From: Escherichia coli
Lineage (GTDB): Bacteria > Pseudomonadota > Gammaproteobacteria > Enterobacterales > Enterobacteriaceae
DNA: 64,000 nucleotides
Assembly: GCF_044324785.1 (NCBI RefSeq)
Contig: NZ_CP172127.1
Direction: 5' to 3' (one strand)
Shown here piece by piece: positions 55,972 through 64,000 of the stretch. The notes under the pieces were generated by a model that was not told where the DNA came from, did no database searches, and saw only the letters and a list, made by a program, of their open reading frames with translations. Position numbers and translations under genes: made by a program. Position 1 is the first letter of the stretch; every line of letters begins with the position of its first letter.

Positions 55972-56715
55972 ATGACACAGACAGAATCAGCGATTCTGGC
56001 GCACGCCCGGCGATGTGCGCCAGCGGAGTCGTGCGGCTTCGTGGTAAGCACGCCGGAGGGGGAAAGATATTTCCCCTGCGTGAATATCTCCGGTGAGCCG
56101 GAGGCGTATTTCCGTATGTCGCCGGAAGACTGGCTGCAGGCAGAAATGCAGGGTGAGATTGTGGCGCTGGTCCACAGCCACCCCGGTGGTCTGCCCTGGC
56201 TGAGTGAGGCCGACCGGCGGCTGCAGGTGCAGAGTGATTTGCCGTGGTGGCTGGTCTGCCGGGGGACGATTCATAAGTTCCGCTGTGTGCCGCATCTCAC
56301 CGGGCGGCGCTTTGAGCACGGTGTGACGGACTGTTACACACTGTTCCGGGATGCTTATCATCTGGCGGGGATTGAGATGCCGGACTTTCATCGTGAGGAT
56401 GACTGGTGGCGTAACGGCCAGAATCTCTATCTGGATAATCTGGAGGCGACGGGGCTGTATCAGGTGCCGTTGTCAGCGGCACAGCCGGGCGATGTGCTGC
56501 TGTGCTGTTTTGGTTCATCGGTGCCGAATCACGCCGCAATTTACTGCGGCGACGGCGAGCTGCTGCACCATATTCCTGAACAACTGAGCAAACGAGAGAG
56601 GTACACCGACAAATGGCAGCGACGCACACACTCCCTCTGGCGTCACCGGGCATGGCGCGCATCTGCCTTTACGGGGATTTACAACGATTTGGTCGCCGCA
56701 TCGACCTTCGTGTGA
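55972..56715 (+). CDS. K: tail tip assembly protein gpK (JAB/MPN plus NlpC/P60-like)
   Basis: HSHP metal-binding motif and Cys/His peptidase-like region; 3-prime end overlaps I. Confidence 0.85.
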   Translation: MTQTESAILAHARRCAPAESCGFVVSTPEGERYFPCVNISGEPEAYFRMSPEDWLQAEMQGEIVALVHSHPGGLPWLSEADRRLQVQSDLPWWLVCRGTIHKFRCVPHLTGRRFEHGVTDCYTLFRDAYHLAGIEMPDFHREDDWWRNGQNLYLDNLEATGLYQVPLSAAQPGDVLLCCFGSSVPNHAAIYCGDGELLHHIPEQLSKRERYTDKWQRRTHSLWRHRAWRASAFTGIYNDLVAASTFV

Positions 56716-57284
56716 AAACGGGGGCTGAAGCCATCCGGGCACTGGCCACACAGCTCCCGGCGTTTCGTCAGAAACTGAGCGACGGCTGGTATCAGGTACG
56801 GATTGCCGGGCGGGACGTCAGCACGTCCGGGTTAACGGCGCAGTTACATGAGACTCTGCCTGATGGCGCTGTGATTCATATTGTTCCCAGAGTCGCCGGG
56901 GCCAAGTCAGGTGGCGTATTCCAGATTGTCCTGGGGGCTGCCGCCATTGCCGGATCATTCTTTACCGCCGGAGCCACCCTTGCAGCATGGGGGGCAGCCA
57001 TTGGGGCCGGTGGTATGACCGGCATCCTGTTTTCTCTCGGTGCCAGTATGGTGCTCGGTGGTGTGGCGCAGATGCTGGCACCGAAAGCCAGAACTCCCCG
57101 TACACAGACAACGGATAACGGTAAGCAGAACACCTATTTCTCCTCACTGGATAACATGGTTGCCCAGGGCAATGTTCTGCCTGTTCTGTACGGGGAAATG
57201 CGCGTGGGGTCACGCGTGGTTTCTCAGGAGATCAGCACGGCAGACGAAGGGGACGGTGGTCAGGTTGTGGTGATTGGTCGCTGA
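56613..57284 (+). CDS. I: tail assembly protein gpI
   Basis: 223 aa with ubiquitin-like N-terminus and Gly/Ala-rich hydrophobic segment. Confidence 0.9.
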   Translation: MAATHTLPLASPGMARICLYGDLQRFGRRIDLRVKTGAEAIRALATQLPAFRQKLSDGWYQVRIAGRDVSTSGLTAQLHETLPDGAVIHIVPRVAGAKSGGVFQIVLGAAAIAGSFFTAGATLAAWGAAIGAGGMTGILFSLGASMVLGGVAQMLAPKARTPRTQTTDNGKQNTYFSSLDNMVAQGNVLPVLYGEMRVGSRVVSQEISTADEGDGGQVVVIGR

Positions 57285-57344
57285 TGCAAAATGTTTTATG
57301 TGAAACCGCCTGCGGGCGGTTTTGTCGTTTATGGAGCGTGAGGA

Positions 57345-60300
57345 ATGGGTAAAGGAAGCAGTAAGGGGCATACCCCGCGCGAAGCGAAGGACAACCTGAA
57401 GTCCACGCAGTTGCTGAGTGTGATTGATGCCATCAGTGAAGGGCCGATTGAAGGTCCGGTGGATGGATTAAAAAGCGTGCTGCTGAACAGTACGCCGGTG
57501 CTGGACAGTGATGGGAATACCAACATCGCCGGTGTCACGGTGGTGTTCCGGGCTGGTGAGCAGGAGCAGACTCCGCCGGAGGGATTTGAATCCTCCGGCT
57601 CCGAGACGGTGTTGGGTACGGAAGTGAAATACGACACGCCGATCACCCGCGCCATCACGTCGGCAAACATCGACCGACTGCGCTTTACCTTCGGTGTGCA
57701 GGCACTGGTGGAAACCACCTCAAAGGGGGACCGGAATCCGTCGGAAGTTCGCCTGCTGGTTCAGATACAGCGTAATGGTGGCTGGGTGACGGAAAAAGAC
57801 ATCACCATTAAGGGCAAAACCACCTCGCAGTATCTGGCCTCGGTGGTGGTGGATAACCTGCCGCCGCGCCCGTTTAATATCCGGATGCGCAGAATGACGC
57901 CGGACAGCACCACAGACCAGCTGCAGAACAAAACGCTCTGGTCGTCATACACCGAAATCATCGATGTGAAACAGTGCTACCCGAACACGGCACTGGTCGG
58001 CGTGCAGGTGGACTCGGAACAGTTCGGCAGCCAGCAGGTGAGCCGTAATTATCATCTTCGCGGGCGCATTCTGCAGGTGCCGTCGAACTATAACCCGCAG
58101 ACGCGGCAATACAGCGGTATCTGGGACGGAACGTTTAAGCCAGCATACAGCAACAACATGGCCTGGTGTCTGTGGGATATGCTGACCCATCCGCGCTACG
58201 GCATGGGGAAGCGTCTCGGTGCGGCGGATGTGGACAAATGGGCGCTGTATGTCATCGGCCAGAATTGCGACCAGTCGGTGCCGGATGGCTTTGGTGGCAC
58301 GGAGCCGCGCATCACCTGTAATGCCTGGCTGACCACACAGCGCAAGGCGTGGGATGTTCTCAGTGATTTCTGCTCGGCGATGCGCTGTATGCCGGTATGG
58401 AACGGGCAGACGCTGACGTTCGTGCAGGACCGACCGTCGGATAAGGTGTGGACCTATAACTGCAGTAATGTGGTGATGCCGGATGATGGCGCGCCGTTCC
58501 GCTACAGCTTCAGTGCCCTGAAGGACCGTCATAATGCCGTTGAGGTGAACTGGATTGACCCGGATAACGGCTGGGAGACGGCGACAGAGCTTGTTGAAGA
58601 TACGCAGGCCATTCTCCGTTACGGTCGTAACGTCACGAAGATGGATGCCTTTGGCTGTACCAGCCGGGGGCAGGCGCACCGCGCCGGGCTGTGGTTGATT
58701 AAAACGGAACTACTGGAAACGCAGACCGTGGACTTCAGCGTGGGGGCGGAAGGGCTTCGCCATGTGCCGGGCGATGTCATTGAAATCTGCGATGATGACT
58801 ATGCGGGGATCAGCACCGGCGGGCGCGTGCTGGCGGTGAACAGCCAGACCCGGACGCTGACGCTCGACCGTGAAATCACGCTGCCATCCTCCGGTACCAC
58901 GCTGATAAGCCTGGTTGACGGAAGTGGCAATCCGGTCAGCGTGGAGGTCCAGTCCGTCACCGACGGCGTGAAGGTAAAAGTGAGCCGTGTTCCTGACGGC
59001 GTTGCCGGATACAGCGTATGGGGGCTGAAGCTGCCGACGCTGCGCCAGCGCCTGTTCCGCTGCGTGAGTATCCGTGAGAACGACGACGGCACGTATGCCA
59101 TCACCGCCGTGCAGCATGTACCGGAAAAAGAAGCTATCGTGGATAACGGGGCGCACTTTGACGGCGACCAGAGCGGCACGGTGAATGGTGTCACGCCGCC
59201 AGCAGTGCAGCACCTGACTGCCGAAGTCACCGCAGACAGCGGGGAGTATCAGGTACTGGCCCGCTGGGACACGCCGAAGGTGGTGAAGGGCGTGAGTTTC
59301 ATGCTTCGCCTGACCGTAACAGCGGATGACGGCAGTGAGCGGCTGGTCAGCACGGCCCGGACGACGGAAACCACTTACCGCTTCACACAACTGGCTCTGG
59401 GGAACTACAGGCTGACAGTCCGGGCAGTAAATGCGTGGGGGCAGCAGGGCGATCCGGCGTCGGTATCGTTCCGGATTGCCGCACCGGCAGCGCCGTCGCG
59501 GATTGAGCTGACGCCGGGCTATTTTCAGATAACCGCCACGCCGCATCTTGCGGTTTATGATCCGACGGTACAGTTTGAGTTCTGGTTCTCGGAAAAGCGG
59601 ATTGCGGATATCAGGCAGGTTGAAACCAGCGCGCGTTATCTTGGTACGGCACTGTACTGGATAGCCGCCAGTATCAATATCAAACCGGGCCATGATTATT
59701 ATTTTTACGTTCGCAGTGTGAACACCGTTGGCAAATCGGCATTCGTGGAGGCTGTCGGTCAGCCGAGTGATGATGCATCAGGCTATCTGGATTTTTTCAA
59801 AGGCGAGATAGGGAAAACCCATCTGGCTCAGGAGCTGTGGACGCAGATTGATAACGGTCAGCTTGCGCCTGACCTGACTGAAATCAGGACGTCCATAACG
59901 GATGTCAGCAATGAAATAACACAGACCGTCAATAAGAAACTGGAAGACCAGAGTGCAGCGATCCAGCAGATACAGAAGGTTCAGGTTGATACAAATAATA
60001 ACCTGAACAGCATGTGGGCAGTGAAGCTGCAGCAGATGCAGGACGGACGCCTTTATATTGCGGGTATCGGTGCCGGTATTGAGAACACCCCTGACGGCAT
60101 GCAGAGTCAGGTGCTGCTGGCGGCGGACAGGATTGCGATGATTAATCCTGCAAATGGCAACACAAAACCGATGTTTGTTGGTCAGGGTGATCAGATATTC
60201 ATGAATGACGTGTTCCTGAAACGCCTGACGGCTCCCACCATTACCAGCGGTGGAAATCCGCCGGCATTTTCCCTGACACCGGACGGAAAGCTGACCGCTA

Positions 60301-60842
60301 AAAATGCGGATATCAGTGGCAGTGTGAATGCGAACGCCGGGACGCTCAACAATGTCACGGTAAATGAAAACTGTACGATTAAGGGCATGCTGGAGGCGAC
60401 TCAGGTCAGAGGTGACTTCGTTAAAGCTGTATCCAAATCATTCCCGAAACAGGCTGGTACGTGGGGTAATACGGAAACACCAAACGGGACGGTTACAGTC
60501 ACCATCAGCGATGATCATAACTTTGACCGTCAAATCATTATTCCGCCCATTATCTTTAACGGAATAGCGTATAGCGATCCGGGAAGTGGTAATAACCCGG
60601 GAGGTACAAGATACACGGGTTATGGTTTTGAAGTTCGCAAAAACGGCGTATTAATCGCATCCAGAGAAACTAAAGGGGCCATTCCCGGTAGTTACAGTGC
60701 AGTTATTGATATGCCGAGTGGCAGGGGAAGCGTCACTCTGGAGTTTAAGATTTTCCAGAAAGGCAATCAGGGGGCAGGCAATATCACCGACTGTACGGTG
60801 ATTGTGACCAAAAAAGCCGCTTCCGGCATCAGTATTCGTTGA
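57345..60842 (+). CDS. J: central tail fiber / host specificity protein gpJ
   Basis: 1165 aa; N-terminal about 800 aa match recalled lambda J, C-terminal region differs. Confidence 0.9.
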   Translation: MGKGSSKGHTPREAKDNLKSTQLLSVIDAISEGPIEGPVDGLKSVLLNSTPVLDSDGNTNIAGVTVVFRAGEQEQTPPEGFESSGSETVLGTEVKYDTPITRAITSANIDRLRFTFGVQALVETTSKGDRNPSEVRLLVQIQRNGGWVTEKDITIKGKTTSQYLASVVVDNLPPRPFNIRMRRMTPDSTTDQLQNKTLWSSYTEIIDVKQCYPNTALVGVQVDSEQFGSQQVSRNYHLRGRILQVPSNYNPQTRQYSGIWDGTFKPAYSNNMAWCLWDMLTHPRYGMGKRLGAADVDKWALYVIGQNCDQSVPDGFGGTEPRITCNAWLTTQRKAWDVLSDFCSAMRCMPVWNGQTLTFVQDRPSDKVWTYNCSNVVMPDDGAPFRYSFSALKDRHNAVEVNWIDPDNGWETATELVEDTQAILRYGRNVTKMDAFGCTSRGQAHRAGLWLIKTELLETQTVDFSVGAEGLRHVPGDVIEICDDDYAGISTGGRVLAVNSQTRTLTLDREITLPSSGTTLISLVDGSGNPVSVEVQSVTDGVKVKVSRVPDGVAGYSVWGLKLPTLRQRLFRCVSIRENDDGTYAITAVQHVPEKEAIVDNGAHFDGDQSGTVNGVTPPAVQHLTAEVTADSGEYQVLARWDTPKVVKGVSFMLRLTVTADDGSERLVSTARTTETTYRFTQLALGNYRLTVRAVNAWGQQGDPASVSFRIAAPAAPSRIELTPGYFQITATPHLAVYDPTVQFEFWFSEKRIADIRQVETSARYLGTALYWIAASINIKPGHDYYFYVRSVNTVGKSAFVEAVGQPSDDASGYLDFFKGEIGKTHLAQELWTQIDNGQLAPDLTEIRTSITDVSNEITQTVNKKLEDQSAAIQQIQKVQVDTNNNLNSMWAVKLQQMQDGRLYIAGIGAGIENTPDGMQSQVLLAADRIAMINPANGNTKPMFVGQGDQIFMNDVFLKRLTAPTITSGGNPPAFSLTPDGKLTAKNADISGSVNANAGTLNNVTVNENCTIKGMLEATQVRGDFVKAVSKSFPKQAGTWGNTETPNGTVTVTISDDHNFDRQIIIPPIIFNGIAYSDPGSGNNPGGTRYTGYGFEVRKNGVLIASRETKGAIPGSYSAVIDMPSGRGSVTLEFKIFQKGNQGAGNITDCTVIVTKKAASGISIR

Positions 60843-60864
60843 AATATTTATAACCCCAATAAAG

Positions 60865-60888
60865 GGCGTCAGGAATGACGCCTTTTTT
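60865..60888 (+). terminator. intrinsic terminator after J
   Basis: ggcgtca-ggaa-tgacgcc hairpin followed by T6. Confidence 0.6.
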
Positions 60889-60912
60889 ATTGCAGAAAAG
60901 CGAGAGGTAATT

Positions 60913-61512
60913 ATGCGTAAAGTTTGTGCAGCAATTTTGTCCGCAGCCATTTGTCTGGCCGTATCCGGTGCGCCTGCATGGGCGTCTGAACATCAGTCCA
61001 CGCTGAGCGCGGGGTATCTTCATGCCTCGACGAACGTCCCCGGCAGTGATGATCTGAACGGGATTAACGTGAAATACCGTTATGAGTTTACGGACACACT
61101 GGGGCTGGTGACGTCATTCAGCTATGCAGGAGACAAGAATCGCCAGCTGACCCGTTACAGCGATACCCGCTGGCATGAAGATTCCGTTCGTAACCGCTGG
61201 TTCAGCGTAATGGCGGGGCCGTCTGTGCGCGTGAATGAATGGTTCAGCGCGTATGCGATGGCGGGTGTGGCTTACAGCCGTGTGTCGACTTTCTCCGGGG
61301 ATTATCTTCGCGTAACTGACAACAAGGGGAAAAAGCACGATGTGCTGACCGGAAGTGATGACGGTCGCCACAGCAACACGTCTCTGGCGTGGGGGGCTGG
61401 CGTGCAGTTTAACCCGACCGAATCCGTGGCCATTGATATTGCTTATGAAGGCTCCGGCAGTGGTGACTGGCGCACTGACGGTTTCATCGTGGGTGTCGGT
61501 TATAAATTCTGA
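60913..61512 (+). CDS. lom: Lom-like outer membrane beta-barrel protein (Ail/OmpX family)
   Basis: 199 aa with signal peptide and C-terminal aromatic GVGYKF. Confidence 0.85.
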   Translation: MRKVCAAILSAAICLAVSGAPAWASEHQSTLSAGYLHASTNVPGSDDLNGINVKYRYEFTDTLGLVTSFSYAGDKNRQLTRYSDTRWHEDSVRNRWFSVMAGPSVRVNEWFSAYAMAGVAYSRVSTFSGDYLRVTDNKGKKHDVLTGSDDGRHSNTSLAWGAGVQFNPTESVAIDIAYEGSGSGDWRTDGFIVGVGYKF

Positions 61513-61576
61513 TTAGCCAGGTAACACAGTGTTATGACAGCCCGCCGGTTCAGGTGGGCTTTTTTGTGGGGTGAAT

Positions 61577-64000
61577 ATGGCAGTAAAGATTTCAGGTGTA
61601 CTGAAAGACGGCACAGGAAAACCGGTACAGAACTGCACAATCCAGCTGAAAGCAAAACGTAACAGCACCACGGTGGTGGTAAACACGCTGGCCTCAGAAA
61701 ATCCGGATGAAGCCGGGCGTTACAGCATGGACGTTGAGTACGGGCAGTACAGCGTTATTCTGTTGGTGGAGGGATTCCCGCCGTCACATGCCGGGACCAT
61801 CACCGTGTATGAAGATTCCCGACCCGGTACGCTGAATGATTTTCTCGGTGCCATGACGGAGGATGATGCCCGTCCTGAGGCACTGCGCCGTTTTGAACTG
61901 ATGGTGGAAGAGGTGGCGCGTAACGCGTCCGCGGTGGCACAGAACACGGCAGCCGCGAAGAAGTCAGCCAGCGATGCCGGCACATCAGCACGTGAGGCGG
62001 CAACCCATGCGACTGATGCTGCAGGCTCAGCACGCGCAGCCAGCACGTCAGCCGGACAGGCCGCGTCGTCGGCTCAGTCAGCATCTTCCAGCGCAGGAAC
62101 GGCATCAACAAAGGCCAGTGAAGCATCGAAAAGTGCTGCTGCTGCAGAGTCCTCAAAAAGCGCGGCAGCTACCAGTGCCGCTGCGGCGAAAACGTCAGAA
62201 ACGAATGCGGCAGCGTCACAACAATCAGCAGCCACTTCTGCATCCGCCGCGACCACGAAGGCGTCAGAAGCTGCCACCTCAGCCCGGGATGCGGCGGCCT
62301 CAAAAGAGGCGGCAAAATCATCAGAAACGAGCGCAGCCTCGAGCGCCAGTAGTGCAGCCTCCTCGGCAACAGCGGCAGGAAATTCCGCGAAGGCGGCAAA
62401 AACGTCCGAGACGAACGCTAAGTCTTCTGAGACGGCAGCAGCACAGAGTGCCTCCGCAGCAGCAGACTCAAAAACAGCGGCTGCCTCATCTGCCAGCGCC
62501 GCGTCAACAAATGCCGGGCAGGCCTCAGCCAGTGCCACCGCCGCCGGAAAATCGGCAGAAAGTGCTGCATCGTCCGCTTCAACAGCCACAACGAAGGCTG
62601 GCGAAGCCGCTGTACAGGCCAGCGCAGCAGCGAGGTCTGCTTCCGCAGCGAAGACATCCGAGACGAACGCGAAAGCGTCGGAAACCAGCGCAGAATCCTC
62701 AAAAACGGCTGCCGCATCGTCCGCCAGTTCGGCGGCGTCATCGGCATCATCTGCGTCTGCTTCAAAAGATGAGGCGACCAGACAAGCGTCCGCAGCGAAG
62801 GGCAGCGCCACGACAGCATCCACGAAGGCGACAGAGGCAGCTGGCAGTGCGACGGCGGCAGCACAGAGCAAAAGTACGGCGGAATCCGCGGCAACGCGCG
62901 CCGAGACAGCGGCAAAACGGGCAGAGGATATTGCATCCGCCGTGGCGCTTGAGGATGCGAGCACGACGAAAAAGGGGATAGTACAGCTCAGCAGTGCGAC
63001 CAACAGCACTTCCGAGTCACAGGCGGCAACGCCAAAAGCCGTTAAGGCCGCGTATGACCTGGCTAACGGGAAATACACCGCACAGGACGCTACGACAGCA
63101 CAAAAAGGAATTGTCCAGCTCAGTAGTGCAACCAACAGCACATCTGAAACGCTTGCTGCGACACCGAAAGCAGTGAAAGCAGCTAATGACAATGCGAATG
63201 GTCGGGTACCTTCTGCCCGTAAGGTGAATGGTAAGGCGCTTTCAGCGGATATAACACTGACGCCGAAAGATATTGGTACGCTTAACTCAACAACAATGTC
63301 ATTCAGCGGTGGTACTGGTTGGTTCAAATTAGCAACGGTAACCATGCCACAGGCGAGTTCTGTTGTTTCAATTACGTTGATTGGTGGCGCTGGATTTAAC
63401 GTGGGGTCACCTCAACAGGCAGGTATATCTGAACTTGTTTTACGTGCAGGTAATGGTAATCCGAAGGGGATTACTGGTGCTTTATGGCAGCGCACATCGA
63501 CAGGGTTTACAAATTTTGCCTGGGTCAATACATCTGGTGATACTTACGATATTTACGTTGCAATCGGAAATTATGCGACTGGTGTAAATATTCAATGGGA
63601 TTATACCAGTAATGCCAGCGTGACGATTCATACGTCACCAGCATATTCTGCTAATAAGCCGGAAGGGTTAACGGACGGTACAGTTTATTCACTCTATACG
63701 CCATCAGAGCAGTTTTATCCGCCTGGCGCACCAATCCCGTGGCCATCAGATACCGTTCCGTCTGGCTATGCCCTGATGCAGGGGCAGACTTTTGACAAAT
63801 CTGCATACCCGAAACTTGCAGCCGCTTATCCGTCAGGCGTGATCCCTGATATGCGTGGCTGGACGATTAAGGGCAAACCTGCCAGTGGTCGGGCCGTATT
63901 GTCTCAGGAACAGGACGGCATTAAATCGCATACCCACAGCGCCAGCGCATCCAGTACGGATTTGGGGACGAAAACCACATCGTCGTTTGATTACGGCACT
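61577..64000 (+). CDS. stf: side tail fiber protein, 5-prime partial (continues past window end)
   Basis: Starts [26 protein letters not shown], long Ala/Ser-rich repeat region, then tail-fiber repeat motifs; no stop before 64000. Confidence 0.8.
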   Translation, partial: MAVKISGVLKDGTGKPVQNCTIQLKAKRNSTTVVVNTLASENPDEAGRYSMDVEYGQYSVILLVEGFPPSHAGTITVYEDSRPGTLNDFLGAMTEDDARPEALRRFELMVEEVARNASAVAQNTAAAKKSASDAGTSAREAATHATDAAGSARAASTSAGQAASSAQSASSSAGTASTKASEASKSAAAAESSKSAAATSAAAAKTSETNAAASQQSAATSASAATTKASEAATSARDAAASKEAAKSSETSAASSASSAASSATAAGNSAKAAKTSETNAKSSETAAAQSASAAADSKTAAASSASAASTNAGQASASATAAGKSAESAASSASTATTKAGEAAVQASAAARSASAAKTSETNAKASETSAESSKTAAASSASSAASSASSASASKDEATRQASAAKGSATTASTKATEAAGSATAAAQSKSTAESAATRAETAAKRAEDIASAVALEDASTTKKGIVQLSSATNSTSESQAATPKAVKAAYDLANGKYTAQDATTAQKGIVQLSSATNSTSETLAATPKAVKAANDNANGRVPSARKVNGKALSADITLTPKDIGTLNSTTMSFSGGTGWFKLATVTMPQASSVVSITLIGGAGFNVGSPQQAGISELVLRAGNGNPKGITGALWQRTSTGFTNFAWVNTSGDTYDIYVAIGNYATGVNIQWDYTSNASVTIHTSPAYSANKPEGLTDGTVYSLYTPSEQFYPPGAPIPWPSDTVPSGYALMQGQTFDKSAYPKLAAAYPSGVIPDMRGWTIKGKPASGRAVLSQEQDGIKSHTHSASASSTDLGTKTTSSFDYGT

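Noticed and set aside
61974-62981. 335-aa Arg/Pro/Gln-rich ORF on the plus strand
   Set aside because: Alternative-frame artifact inside stf; composition is non-protein-like
62074-63345. 423-aa Ala/Asp-rich ORF on the minus strand
   Set aside because: Antisense shadow of the Ala/Ser-rich stf repeat region, low complexity, no start context

Overview
Enterobacterial (E. coli-type) chromosome in two parts. Bases 1-18111 are the conserved ynfM-ynfL-mlc-ynfK-clcB-dmsD-ynfHGFE-ynfD-ynfC-speG-ynfB-ynfA-rspA-rspB block, reverse-complemented relative to the usual K-12 orientation. From about 18262 to the window end is a lambdoid prophage inserted in ydfJ, the site occupied by cryptic Qin in K-12. Unlike K-12 Qin, it carries an apparently complete lambda-type packaging, head and tail module (cos, Nu1, A through J, lom, start of stf) that matches phage lambda closely from recalled sequence. 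The early region is Qin-like (int, xis, split exonuclease, dicB operon with DicF sRNA, dicA/dicC, relBE-hokD, quuQ, csp paralogs, lysis cassette) and shows decay: a split exonuclease, a truncated methyltransferase, amber-interrupted small ORFs, and an rve-family transposase that is both frameshifted and interrupted by an IS903-type element. I found no CRISPR array, tRNA or clearly novel multi-gene system; the best leads are the decayed accessory stretch at 26.8-31.4 kb and the divergent J C-terminus. All identifications rest on reading the translations and recalled family knowledge; no searches were run.
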